A stretch of DNA of 64,000 nucleotides, from assembly GCA_002189035.1 (NCBI GenBank), contig CM007989.1, forward strand, positions 6,138,001 through 6,202,000. Reading direction: 5' to 3'. Shown piece by piece: positions 36,668 to 50,231 of the stretch (position 1 is its first letter; each line of letters begins with the position of its first letter). Both the position numbers and the translations under genes were made by a program. Below the pieces are notes generated by a model. That model did no database searches and was not told where the DNA came from. It saw nothing but the letters and a program-made list of their open reading frames with translations. The stretch is from Utricularia gibba (lineage: Eukaryota; Plantae; Magnoliophyta).

Positions 36668-39188
36668 CTCTGTGATTGGAAATCAAAATAAGGCAACTAG
36701 TTCATAAGAGATATTACCAGCAAGATACAAGAAGAATCACCCAACAAGAGGCATGGGTACCTTAAATTAAAAATGGAAATTCTCATAAGAAAATAGACAG
36801 AAGGAACTCAGGTGCAGAAATTCTCATAAGAGGTTACAGTCCTTGCCAGCACCCAGAATTTGCTTTAGTACTTGAAACAACTACTGTAGTTCAACTAAAA
36901 AGTTTGTCAATGGAAACACACAGATCCATGAAGGACCTGTACTCATTCCTCCCAATATAAAATTTTAGGAAAGCAATCAGATTTTTTTATCAGGTACATC
37001 ACAATGCACGTCACTGAATATACCACAGTGAGATAGAAAAGGAAAAAAGAAGACTGATTGTGGAAATAGCAAAGGACTCTACCCATTCTCCAAAGCATAC
37101 TACTTGCATTTAAAAATAAAAGAAAAGCTTACTGCATTTTATATGAAGATACTCTTTTGAATTTCATTAACTCTGTTCACTGCCAAGACAAAATACATCG
37201 CACCATAGACATTTTATCAAAAGGTAAAAGATTATTGATCGTGGGTTCTGCAAAAAGTTCCCATGTCATCTTATCAACGGCTACAAATTTTCTATCTTTG
37301 AACAAGATGAGATGGCGTGGATTAAGAACACGACAAAGATGCATAATACATCCAAGTACTACTTCGAATCTCAGCAAAAGGCCTTCCTAACTTTATCTAA
37401 CAGAGATCATTCGAAGGACTTCGAAGCTGAGTTCTAAAAATAACGTTTACATGTTCTGCTCTCTCGTTAGACAATTTCAATACTAAAATGTCTGAAAATA
37501 CTCTTTATGTTTTTTTTTTTTAGTTTTCAAATAAATTACCAAGATGGTTTCTAAAGATGGCATTATGAAGATTTAAAATGACTGAAGATGATCCCTTTTG
37601 GCTAAAAATACTCTTTTGTGTTTTTCAAGCAAGTATAAAACCTGATTATCAAATACCATGAACAAATGCTGGTTGCTGTGGATAGATGGAGGGTCAAGTG
37701 TAGTCAATTGAGGATGCAAGAAAATAAAAGGAGATAAGGTTATAAAGTCCTGCAGAAGCTCTCTTTTGGCTAAAAAGAAGAACAAGAAGGTAAAAAAGTA
37801 GAAGTAAAATATAAGAGCATGCTTATGTTTCAACCAAGAGATGAATCCAACGCGGTGCAAGAAACACAAAGGTAGTGGCTGTCAATCTCATATCAAAGCA
37901 GAAATAGACCTCATCTTTTGCTTGCTTAATCTGATCATCCAAGCTTTTGGAAAAGCAAGTTTAAAGCAAAAGCCAAAATGCATAATCCGTGACTGTTGCT
38001 TCAGACTGCGACTACACAAAAGAAATACAGGGAATACATGTAGATAAAGAAAGGAAAAATAAATAAATAAACACAGAGGGACTGATAAGAATCTTCAGAA
38101 AGGCTAGGAATATACTTGGGGAGCGAGTATAGGGACTGACTTCTACTTTTGCTTGCAACTGCACCACCATTATGGAGAGATTCAGATGCTCACTCAAGCC
38201 AACCAAAGAGAGCACTCAAATTTTCTTTACAAAATTATCAAGTTTTCCCATTCCATCCACTTTCTTAAGAAAATCAAACCAAACAAAAACTACGTTTTCA
38301 ACATTAAACACATTCGGTGAATCAAAGGTCCGGGGAAGCTCCTTTCATCCTAACTATAACTACCCAGAATCTATACGATGCTGTTCATTTCATCAATGGA
38401 ATCTTCGCCTTTGTTCTTCATCCTCTTCGACACGGATTGTGAGAATGTTCCATAAAAACAAAATCTTCTGCTAAAAAACGACCATTACAATGGTGGGGGC
38501 AGTGGTGGGGAATATTGTAAATGGGTGAGCCACACACTAGAGATTTTTAATGGCGTAAAGAGAGATGCAATGCAATGCATCATCAGATTAGCACAAACCT
38601 GATGAAAAAGTGAAAGATGACAACACATGGAAACCTTTTTTTAGGTTATCCCCAGCCGTGTTACGCGTTGCCGTTCGTTCTTTCCGATGCTTCCTGTCAA
38701 ACGCTTCACGCCAAAAACACGAACCTTGTAACATCCAATCATAAAGATCCCAGTTTGTATTCGGCAACAAAAACACAGGTTTACGGTTTCTTATTTCCGC
38801 CAAATCCATCCCCATATGCTTCCCTAATAGGAGTTGGACATTTATTTCCAAATAAAAATATGCATGGCTCCGACTTGTTTCTTCTTCCTCCATCTCCTCA
38901 ACATGTTCTTTTGGTTCAGAGATGTCCCCACTTCAACACAGATACTACTTGCAGCATACTCACCTGGGGAATGTGACCAACCTGAGAAATCAATGATCAG
39001 AGATTATACCCTTTTTTTCTATTAACTTCGGTTTCCACTAATCGATTAAGGCCCCATTTAGAAAAATTAATTTTAGATTAGCATAACTTTAGGATAAACA
39101 CAAATGAGCAAAGTGACAAACTCTTCCTGGATCAAGTATAGAAACGCCGACTTAATCTTAACAAAATGAATAATTCTAATATGAAAAG

Positions 39189-42100
39189 TGAAGGAGACAA
39201 TCGTGGAACCGGTGAAGAAGATAGAAGAGTCCATTAATGTTAGATGGTTAGGCCGGATACTTGTATAAAGGGAAAAGTCATAACTAAGGTTAAAAAAAAA
39301 TTATGCGACAGCATCTATGAAGATAGAAAAAATACATTATGCTCTTAAATGCAATCATCTTCTCTACTTTCAATCTTCATCATGGTATTATAATAGAACA
39401 TTCAAAGTGTTATGTGAAGAAAATAGAACAAAATGACGATGCAAATGCAACATGGGTCCATCCCAAGTCCTCCTATCTTTGATGGATAGGATTGCTTTGG
39501 GTGAGAAATCAAGATGAGAATATACTTGAAGTCAATCAACCTAGTAAACTTCATCTAAATAGAGGTACCTGAATCTTTTCTTTGAGAAGAACCTGCTGAT
39601 GATATGCTCAAAATATTTGAAAGATACCAGCAGGAAAAATATGCAACAATGACAACATTGCATCAAGATTTATCTGAAAATATGTTCAGAAAAATTGATA
39701 CATGTGAGTCACCTTTTCAGATTTCGAACAAACTCTATGAAATGTATGACAGAGGAGACAAGTTGAGAAAGATCATGTGTAGAAGCAAACTTGAAGACTT
39801 TGGAAGGAACTTTATGTTGGAATCAGAAACAGTGCAAGAATACTATGAGTGTACGTCAAAACTTATGAATGAAATTCGAACCTTAAGGGATGATTAATCT
39901 AACAACAAGGTAATAGAGAAAGCGACTATTAGACTGCCGATGAAGTTTGAAGCCAAATTATGTGGAATGGAGATATTGGAAGATGTACAAAAGATACTAC
40001 CTAGTTATGAAGAGAAAATTGAGGGAATGTCGTTCTTAGACTTCATTATTGAACTACTTAGTTGTCCATGAGAGAAGGAACAACAACAAATAAAGTGGAG
40101 TTTGTGCTCATCGGCAAAAATCAGAATCAACAATATGATGAAAAAGCCAAAAACCTACTACTGAAGCATGGAAACACTGTGTTAAAACAAACCACAAATC
40201 AGAAGCCCGTTGGATTGCAACAAGGGATGCATGCAAGTATTTTGGGAAAAAAAATCACAATGCTGAGTTTTGTTGATAGAAAGCCAAATAATGTGTGTGA
40301 TTAGTGTAAAGGAAATGGCACTCTGAATGAGTATGTCCAACTAAAGATGGAAAGAGTGGACTCAACAATGCTTCTCAACAAGGAAATGAAAAACAAACTA
40401 TTTCTTTCATATTTTAACGTGAAAGAGAAATACCTTTCTTTCAGATTGACGAGTATAACTTTGCCCTATCAAGAAACAAGAATATAGAAAGAGGTTGGTT
40501 TCTTGATTGTGGAGCCACAAACCAATGTGTAATGATGAGAGTCAATTATACATATTATGCAAAGGAATGACAAGTGGTGTGTTTGGATGCATAGGACATG
40601 GAGTGAAGACTATAGGAAAGGGAATCATACTCATACCTATTAAAGAAGGATTATTCCTAGTGCATAACATGACATTTGCTCCAAAAATTGTTCAAAATCT
40701 TCTTAGTCTGGGACAACTCTACAAATAATAGTATAAAAGCATATATGAAGAAGAATTTTATGATATTACAGATTCATAAGATAAAGTTACTTTGAGAGCT
40801 TGATTGATGACCAACAATCTCTATAGAATTGAGGAATCAAAATCAGATAACTATATTCTTTAACATCTTCAATCAAGTTGACCTATGGTACAAAAGATTT
40901 GGACATTATGGAACTCAAAATCTACTAACATTGAGAAAGAACACAAAGGAACCAGAAGATGTAAAATTTCAATAGAAATATTGTGTAAAATGTCAGAGAG
41001 GGAAACAAGCAAGACATAAGTTCATCTTGAGTATCAACAGATCAATGCAAAAGCTGGAACTCATACATAGATTTTTGCGGCTCATTTCATGAGACTTCAC
41101 TTGGAGGTAGCAAATAGTTCTTACTCTTTGTGAATGATTGCTACTGGATTTACTTCCAGAAATCAAAATACCAAACATATGAGTATGTATGTTAAACAAT
41201 TTAAGAGCACGGTGGAAAAACAAAGTGAATTTAAGTTGAAGTCTTGGAGGTCTCATAATGGGGAGGAATATACCTCCAACATCTTGAGAACACTCTACAA
41301 TGAAGAGGGAATTGTGCATCACTTTACATTTCCGCGTACTCTGAGTAGAATGGTGTCAAATGAAATAAAAAATAGAACCACAATGTATCTTCTAAATATG
41401 CTTTCATCTAGAGTCATAAGTGGTAAGAATGCATATGAGTTGTGGTTTGGAAAGCAAAGAAATTGTGCTCAGTTGAAAGTTTTTGGTAGTATTTTTTTTT
41501 TATGTGCTTGAGGAAAAATGGCATAAACTAGACGAAAAGGCAAAAATGGGAATATTTATGGGGATATAATATTGTCACCATAGGGTATACGGTATTCTTT
41601 CCAAATACAAAAAAATTCACTATAAGCATAGATGTGGTGTTTGATGAAGGTAAATGATGATTTATTTCACCAATATGATGTCTAGGAAAAACGGGATTTG
41701 GAGATGACTCTCTTTCCAGCCAACTACAGGAACAAAAAATGAGATGTTCATCAATGGAATTGAGAAGCATTCACAAACTCATGCAATAGATTTTCTTGGA
41801 AATTATACATAAAGAGAAGTAAAGCATCCAATTTGAGAAGCAAGGCTAAATTAAGTGAGAGAAACAAGAGGACATCATTAAGATTGAATGATTGTATTAC
41901 TAATATCAATGAATTTGAAAATGAAAACATATTTTATGGAGTGCAAAACTCAAATGGTGAAAAAAATTACTCCTATAAGTATAAGAACCTATCATCAAAT
42001 GATTTTGAAGTCCTATCATGCATAGCCACTAGAGATCCCATCACATATGCTCAGATTTAGAAGAAGACAAATGGAAAAAAGCCATGCTTGAGGAACTAGA

Positions 42101-44975
42101 GTCTTTTGAGAAGAATGCTATTAGGGAATTGGAAGAGAAACCACAAGAATTGCATAGTGCTCCTATTACGCTGAAATGGATCCACAAGACAAAGTGAAAT
42201 CCAAATAAGATAGTAAAAAATTTTAAAGCAAGACTTCTAGCCAAAGGTTACTAATAGATCAAAGGATTAAACTATAAAGACATATTCATATCTATCACTA
42301 GACTTGACACTATGAAGCTCTTTCTTGCGCTAGTGATAACACATATTTTTTAGTGGCTCAATGCATGGAATTTACTCATTTTGTGCTACAAAAATTAAGC
42401 TTAATTGCTTGTTTCTATATTTTTGCACATAAGTATCGTAGGAGTGCACTTTTAGTCTTAGTTGGGACTAAATCTGCGATTTAGTTCCAACCTTCTAACA
42501 GTTCCCTTCGAGCAATGCAGCATAGGTCGCAACACAAATCCCAAGGAGCCGAGTATGAACAGTGTGGTGGCAGAGAAGGTGACAAAAGTCTGAAAAAGGG
42601 TACATACAAAGTCCAAGGAGGTGAAAAAGGGAGATTTTGGACCAAAAGGGAGGAAAGGTGGGGAGAGAAGGTAGATCTCCCCTTGGAGACTCACGAACAC
42701 ATTTTTCAGGGGGAGAAGGTTTTCTGAGGAGGAAGAAGAAGGAAGACAAACAGGAACAAAGCTGAAGTTCAAGATTATTTTCTGTCTTCGAAGAATATTA
42801 CTCCTAGCTAAGAGTAGCTAGTGACGTTTTTCAGTTTTTGTTGACACTTCACATTACTTGCTTGTTTTGCTTTCTAGTGTTTGACTGTGAAATAAGCACA
42901 CTGTGAATGATGTTTTCTTTTCCACTTTCGTTTACCTTAAGCATGAGTGGCTAAGTACTTAGGGGGTGCCTTGGGGTAAAAAGGGGAGAAACATGTTAAT
43001 CAACCTTTAGATCTAAACAGCCATGATCACGCCACTTTCTTAACAAACCAGGATAGATTCAGGAGGGGGAAGTAGTGAAACCCAACTTAACAACCCTAAT
43101 TAGAGGTAGACCAAAGATTCGGGGGAAAAATAAGAATCCGAGTAGATTCGTGGTTTGTGTGAGTTTGTTTAGTAATTAGCATACATTCTCTAGGAGTCCC
43201 AAGGCATCACCCATTCCATTTCAGAAACAACCGAACTCTAGAACTTATTACTTTTCTTTACTGTATTTCGTTTTAGTTCTGCTTTAGTCCTAGCTAAGAC
43301 CAATTTTACCAACATGACATTGATTCCTTACATTGACCTTCACATAGCAAGTACCTAGCTCCTTGCGTTCGACCCTAGTCCACTATGCTCATAATTATTT
43401 TATGTTTGAATGTATATTAGGTTATAAATTTATTTGATAGGAAAGTTTACATTTACGACATGTGAATTTTTCGTTTATCAGCTAGCAATGTGTAATGATT
43501 GGTCAGTGTACCACAAGAAGATAGCTTTCTTGAATGATACACTTGATGAGGATATCTATACTAAATAGTCTCAGAATTTGTCAAAAAGAGAGAAGAGGAC
43601 AAAGTATATAAACTAAAAAAAGTAATGTATGATCTAAAACATGCACCCAGGGTATGAAACATATGCAATGATGAGTTTTTACTGAAAGTTGGTTTTGCTA
43701 AATCACATGGAGATTATACCTTGTATTGTAAAGAAGAAAAAGAGGAATCAATGTTTGAAAGCATCTATGTAAATGACATTCTCATAATTAGAGAAAATGA
43801 GATGTTGGTGGATCACTTGAAAAATGTTTGAAACATGAATTTGATATGACCGATCTAGGTTTGATTATCCATTTTTTGAGAATGGAAGTTCAATAGATAA
43901 AAGAGAAAGAAATATACATATCTCAAAGAAGATATAGTTTGAAACTTCTAGAAAAATATTCAATATGGTAAAAACCAATACAGCCAGAACATCTATGAAC
44001 TATAAAGAAACTTTCGAATCATGCAAAAACGAAAAAAACAATGATCATAAACTTTATAAAAGCCTAGTGGGAAGTTTGATCTATTTATCTCATACAAGAC
44101 TAGATCTTTTTCACATGGTGAATATCCTATCTAAATAAATGGCAAAACCAAATGTAGCACATCTTACAGCAACAAAAAGGGTCCTCAGTTATGTCAAGAA
44201 AACTATAGATATGGGAATTCTCTATGAATATTCAAAAAAGAAGATCAAAATATGACCTTGGAAACATATTTAGATAGTAATTACAGTTGAAATGAATATT
44301 CAAAGAGTACAATGGACTATGTGTTTTACCTCAATAATTGTCTTATTGCTTGGTACACGAAGAAGCAATTAGTGGTAGCACAATCTATAGTATAGGCAAA
44401 ATATATTTCTACATGCCATGTTGCTAACCATACTATCTAGATAAGACAAAGTCTTTTGAATCTAGATTTTGAGCAAAAGGAACCAACACCTCTATATGTG
44501 GATAACCCTAGTAATGATTGTCATTGCAAATATCCTACACATTTTGAAGAGCAAAACACATTTGGATTAAATTTCATATGATATGAGAGTATGTGAAGTG
44601 AGGGATGTGAAACTCATCTTTGTGGGGTGTGGAAAACAAAGAGAAGATGCTCTCAGTAAACCATTGGGAAAATCAGAACTTGAGAAATTCAAAATAGAGG
44701 CCAAGCTTATAGATCTAAAAGAATTCAACCAAAGCTCATAGTCTGACGATAAGAGGAGTAAAGGAGACAATCGTTCAACTTGTGAAGAAAATGAGAAGAG
44801 CGACATGTTGGCATGAGTAGCCATATCTTAGTAATTATAGTGAGCTTTAGTAGAGAGACAGCTCATTAATCTTGAATGCTTAGCCCTCGCCCTTGTGTAA
44901 AAGAAAAAGGCATAACTAGGATAAAAAAAAAGAAGCTATACAATAGTATCTATGAAGGTGGGAAAATTACATTAA
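39189..44975 (+). mobile_element. Degenerate Ty1/copia LTR retrotransposon with nested solo LTR D2
   Basis: Short diverged LTRs beginning T(G/A)AAGGAGACAATCG at 39189 and 44759; degenerate PBS TGGTATT at 39383; gag (UBN2-like), protease WFLDCGAT, integrase LELIHIDFCG / RSHNGEEY, RT AFLND..DEDIY, RNase H KHIWIKFH; PPT-like AAGAGGAG before the 3' LTR. Confidence 0.82.
42334..43480 (+). mobile_element. Solo LTR D2 (Athila-like, 1147 bp) in the copia RT
   Basis: TGATAACACATA...TCGTTTATCA with perfect TSD GCTAG (42329-42333 / 43481-43485); excision restores LFLALAMCNDWSVY. Confidence 0.93.
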
Positions 44976-46144
44976 AAGACAATTAAATAATTCAAGGTCA
45001 TTGACAATTAACTAAAATGGTAAATCAACACACAATATCAACTTCTTAGATGAATTCCAAACAACACAGGATGTGATCAAAGTGCCAATAACTCTCGAAA
45101 ACTTATTTCCACGTTTATTCATCAATAGTGGAGTTACAATAGTGAATAAGAAAAAAAAGGTGACTCAAAATCAGTTTGTGACGAACTTCATGTAATAGAA
45201 GATTTGTATAATGTGAGTTGCGAAAAATATATAAATGTTGTAAAAAATAGGTTGAGGGAATATGGTTTTTGTGGGTTCTTACCTATACAAATTTATAGTA
45301 GAGTAAACCTATTTACACTTTCTTTATTCATAACCATTGATATTTATTCTTGCTCCTTCATGTAATAATTTTCACATCAAGTATTTGTTGGATTTATTTG
45401 AGTCAAAGCTTTAGGATTGGTTGTGAAGTAGAAGTGTTGGATTAGGGCCGATTTGTGATGATGGCCCAAGTCCTAAACTATCTCTTACTTTCATGACCAA
45501 TGTTTTCTCCTCTCATTTCCTCCTTCCGATTACCGAGATGCCCTAATATTAATTTTCATTAGATTCAACAATCCACCTGTGATGAGCAAAGGAAGATGAT
45601 CGGAAGCAAAAATAGACTTTAGTTTCATAGACTTCTTTCTTCAATTCTCTTCTTTATTTATTTCTAGTAGGGAAGAATTTAGAAAACTTACAAATCAATC
45701 CTTTGCCTTTACTAGGTTTGGCATCTGTCAAGAAATTTATGTGATTTTAAGTTTTAATAGAAGGATGTCATTGATAATCCTTGATCAAATGCCCCACTTT
45801 TTCTTGAAATAGATAGAATTGCTTATGGTATAAGACCTTGGTCATGAATTATGCTAATTGTCTCTTGTTAGAAACATACTTAAGCTTGATTTTCTTTTCT
45901 TTGATATAATTTCTGATCATGTGGAATTTTATTTGAATATGCATGGTTTTTCCAAAGAAAGTAGGGTTATTTCCTATCATGATAACAGAATTTTTGTCTA
46001 AGAAGATAGTCATAGATTGTGTCGATTTTAAGATCCAGATTTTTGAATATCTTACAAATCCATATTGTGTGATTTGATATAGTTGAAGCCGCAAATGGAT
46101 TCAGCTTAAGAAGAGAATTAGGTAATAAAACTTTGTTTCTTATT

Positions 46145-48766
46145 TGATAAATGAAAATTTTTGAATATCGTTGTAATAAAATCAAAATTTCATATTAAAT
46201 AAATTTATAATCCCTAATCCTCACAAAATACATATTAAACACAAAATGTAAAGTGGAATTCGGGGTTGATCACAAGAAACTGGTGCTTGCAAAGTATTTT
46301 AGCAGATGTAAAATTTAGAATAAACACTATTCTTAGTCTAAGTTCAAATTAATAATGGTAGGTAAGTTCAATTTGAAAAATCAAATCTCAACATGAAAGG
46401 TAACAAATACTGATTCTAATACAAAGTAATACTAAGATGCCTCAAGGGTATGCAGGTGATGTGGTGCTAAGATGCCTAATTTAATTTACCATATTTCTAT
46501 ACTTACAACTTCAAACAACCTAAGTCTACATAGGTCATTCATCATGTTTTCGACTAACATAGTCTCCAATATCATCACCAACTTTATAATTAAGTTTATC
46601 CACATGCAAAGTATATACAACTAGGTCTACCCACATGCAAAGTATATACAACTAGGTTTACCCAGTTCTACTGGTTCTATCTTGAACTAATACCTATTGT
46701 CGCGCCTTGATTTGTTGGTCAATGATGCGTGTCGTTTCCACAACAAATTTTAATATTTTTAGAACTCGTAAAACACAAAAGCGTAGTATGGGTGTCGAAT
46801 GCAGGGAGTTGTTTTTTTGAGTGAAAGGTGAGGTACACTGAATACAACTATCACGATTTATAAACGATTTTCGCAGTAAAGGTGTGAGAAATGTAAATGA
46901 TAAAGCTTGAGTAAGGGAATAAGAGGGGTTTTGAATAGACAACTGAAATAAACGTAAATGATGAACCTTAAATAAAGTGAATATTCCTGGGTATGAAATC
47001 CTGTCCAGCTATATTCGTTGTGTCTTCACTCTTCTCTAGTCTTCTCGAGTACTCGGTTATAGGAGTAAGGAATTGTCTACCCTCCCTTACACTCTCTTGC
47101 AAGAAGGCACGGGAATAGCCCGATGTTGCTCCTCCTTGAACGAACGTGAGAATAAGAGGTCCTGCCAGCGTACCCTCACAGCCGAATTGTGCGCGTATGC
47201 CCGAGTGTTGCCAATGACCCAATGAGTCTAGATACGAGGTCACTACCTGTCCATTGATCCTGAGGTATGGCCACAGACAAAACGCAGTCTTCCTCCTGCC
47301 AAAGGGGAGTGAGTTGGTGCTTTCCACCTTGCTCCTCTCCAAAACTCGCGGGTAGTGATCAGCTAACCATGAATCTTAAATAAGGGCACTGTTACAGAAA
47401 GACTACAATATAGTCGCGCGAAGACATACGAAACCCGTTTGGATTCAAAGAAGAGATGAATATAAGCTAGCGAAACATAGATTTAGGGGTGTTCCAACCT
47501 AGAAACGGAAGGTTCTAGCCGCAAACAACCATACAAACTAAAGGAAACGAAAACAAAGTTCTATAGAGAAACTAGAGGAAAATCCTCTAGAGAGAAAAAC
47601 AAAAGACTATAACTAAACTGAAGTAAAAACTTGACATCCGAACAGAACTGAGGTGAACTATTTTGTCTGAGATTTCGTGTCCTTGTGGTTCTGCTAAACT
47701 TGAGATGACTTGCAAGCAAACGTCTGCTTTGGTACTAGTACGCTAATGATGTCGCCTATCAAAGACTCTCGTGTTCCGCATGTCAAGGCTCATGATTAGG
47801 CGTCTGTAGTCTTCCGGAAATCAAGGTAATGTCAGCCTAGAAAGATCCAATTTGCCGCCATCTGATGCTCTCTTTCTCTCACTTCTTGCCACGTGTGCGC
47901 CTCTAGAAAAACTCAAATAAAATTAATAAAATTATTAGATAAAATACAAGATTTAGGATAATTACCCTAAAATAGATAAAAACCTAAATCTTCTATTATA
48001 GACTCCTAATTAGACATTCCTAATCACAATTAAGCATAAAAACAACCTAAGAAATAGTAAGAAAATGACACTTAACAGTCTATCTCTAAATCAAGCATCT
48101 AAGTTATAAAAAGCTATTTATTTCCCCTCTTAGGCATACTCAAGGAATGATAGAAACAAATGCTCACAAACAATAACCAATTATATTATAAACCTTAACC
48201 CCAAATCAACATTCTATACCTGAAGGCATTTCTAAGGTTTAACTACTCATGTTTGGAAAATAAAAAAAGATTTCATAGTCATTAACTGAAGGAAATATCC
48301 CTAACATTATTAAACAAACAGTTAACGAAAGTCAAACGCTTAGTAAACTAAGCAAATAAAGTGTTTTGTTTCCATCTACTACTGTTCACGGCATGGAACA
48401 GTAGCACTGACTAGGTTCTTGGGCTTGTTCTTTAGGATGAGAGTTTTCTTTGTGATAATCTCCTCCTTCTTTCTAATTCGGCATAATAGTGCATTTCGTC
48501 TTCTCTTTTACGCTATCTGAGTCTTCTAGTTGGCTGCTTGCACAAATTTTCTATTTTCTCCTTGATTTCATAACTTAGCTGTTGGACTAAACAAAAACTT
48601 AATAACATGGAATGGGCTAAATCCAGGGATTTAGCACCTTAACGCACAAAATCGCACCATACTCTAAATTCTAATAAAATACTAAAAACCATAAGATAAA
48701 TACTTAAAACATGATTAAAAACCGTAATTTTCTTATCATAAAAATAAGAAAACTTGTGTGTTATCA
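46145..48766 (-). mobile_element. Solo LTR, family A, inserted in copia RNase H
   Basis: TGATAACACACAAG...TTTATCA, homologous to 15429-16783; TSD TTATT/TTACT; excision restores NSKKQS. Confidence 0.85.
46723..48077 (-). mobile_element. Solo LTR, family C subtype E (1355 bp), nested in the family A solo LTR
   Basis: TGTTAAGTGTCATTTTC...GAAACGACACGCATCA; TSD GTCAA/GTCTA (the family A LTR at 15968 has GTCTA). Confidence 0.85.
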
Positions 48767-49062
48767 TTACTATTCTAGCAAATGCACATCCACTTAACAC
48801 TAAAAGTTATCCACTAGTAGATTTCATATCAAATTTATCACTTGCATAATCACTGTCACAATATACTTAAAAACATGGAAACATACCTTTGAATAAATGA
48901 GACCCAAGTTACTTTTTTTATTCAGATATTTTTGAATTCGGGACTCATCATAAACTATCATAGCAATTTAATAGTGAAGGCAATATCCGATCTAGTAGCA
49001 ATCAAATACATGATGGAAACAATAAGCTTGCAATAGATATTTGCATCTATTTTCTATCATTC

Positions 49063-50150
49063 TGTTAGTGTATGTAATTTAGAGACAATCAACTCATTGG
49101 TAAATCTTATTTTTTGATATTTACTTTGAATTATGATCAAATTTATATCATTGATAGAATCCTTTACTTGATCTATGTGCTATAGAAATTATGATGAGAT
49201 CATAATATGAGAGTCTTTAAGCATTTATGTTCAAGTTAAAAATTTCCTGATTAGAGTATTTGTGAAATGAGGATATCACAAATACGGATAAGCTGGCACA
49301 CATTGAGTTCCCTAAACTGTTTAGGCAAGGGTTCTCACAATAGATGTAATGAGATTACTAAAACCAATGTGTGGGTGTCGATTAGAGAATCGATTCACTA
49401 GATGACTCGTCTTCGAGATGATATTATGGGAAGCTAACCAAGTGTCAGTAGCAAGATCTCGAATATGACAGCCGTGTAAATAAGCTTAGACTTGAGGTCA
49501 ACAAAGTTATATTGATCTTATGCTCGCATTTTTGCTCATTACTAATGGGAGTCTAATCATTGCTTGCCTAATATGGATGAGAAGAAATGTGACTCTTTAA
49601 GATTGAAGATAGTTGATTGATCAAAAATCATTCATCACTCATGTTAGCTATGAGATCTTATCTCAAATAATTGTATCAAAGCCCTAACAGTAAGTCCTGG
49701 GTCCAAGGTAATGACACTCGAAATATTTGAGTAGGTCATTGAGTGTTAGTTCTTAAATGCAATTATAAGTTCAATACATCAAAAAGACACACACCCATGT
49801 TCTGCTATTGAATGAGATATAAGTATAATAAAAGTTGTTCATTGCATGATGGCTAATCATGGAAAGGCTCAATCAGTTCACTTGATTATTCTTACATCTT
49901 GGGGATCATGATATGTTGCTAGATATCACTCATGATCGACAATGATGGATTTGATTAATTAAGAGTTAATTCATAAATCCATTATTACGACCTAGATTGA
50001 AGAAAACTATAGGGTCATACACAATAGTGGAGTCACTCATCGATATAAAATAAAATGACACAATTACATGAGATTTAATAGGTAAAGTGGAGAAATTAAA
50101 TAGAAAGTTATTTTGAGATTAATTTTGATTAAACTCAAAATAAAAGATAT
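49063..50150 (+). mobile_element. LTR fragment, Angela-like Ty1/copia
   Basis: Starts TGTTAGTGTATG..TAGAGACAATCA, typical of large Angela-type LTRs; non-coding; 3' end not found. Confidence 0.5.
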
Positions 50151-50153
50151 GAT

Positions 50154-50231
50154 TAGAGATAAAAGTTGGGCTGGGCCGGGCTGGCCCGATCCTATTTCAG
50201 AGGGCCTCACCGAGTTTTGGGCTAGGGCTGG
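50154..50231 (+). mobile_element. Left end of a hAT-type MITE, truncated by a family C LTR
   Basis: About 75-80% identical to 52972-53050 including the TIR TAGAGATAAAAGTT. Confidence 0.75.

Larger units (their letters stand above)
45236..49060 (-). mobile_element. 3' part of a Ty1/copia element (RT end, RNase H, 3' LTR 45236-45570) split by nested LTRs
   Basis: MYLIATRSDIAF, DSDYA..DMKSTSG, NSKKQS|...HIQIKFHMIRNYI..KIKLKYV; LTR begins TGTTGAATCTAATG. Confidence 0.72.
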
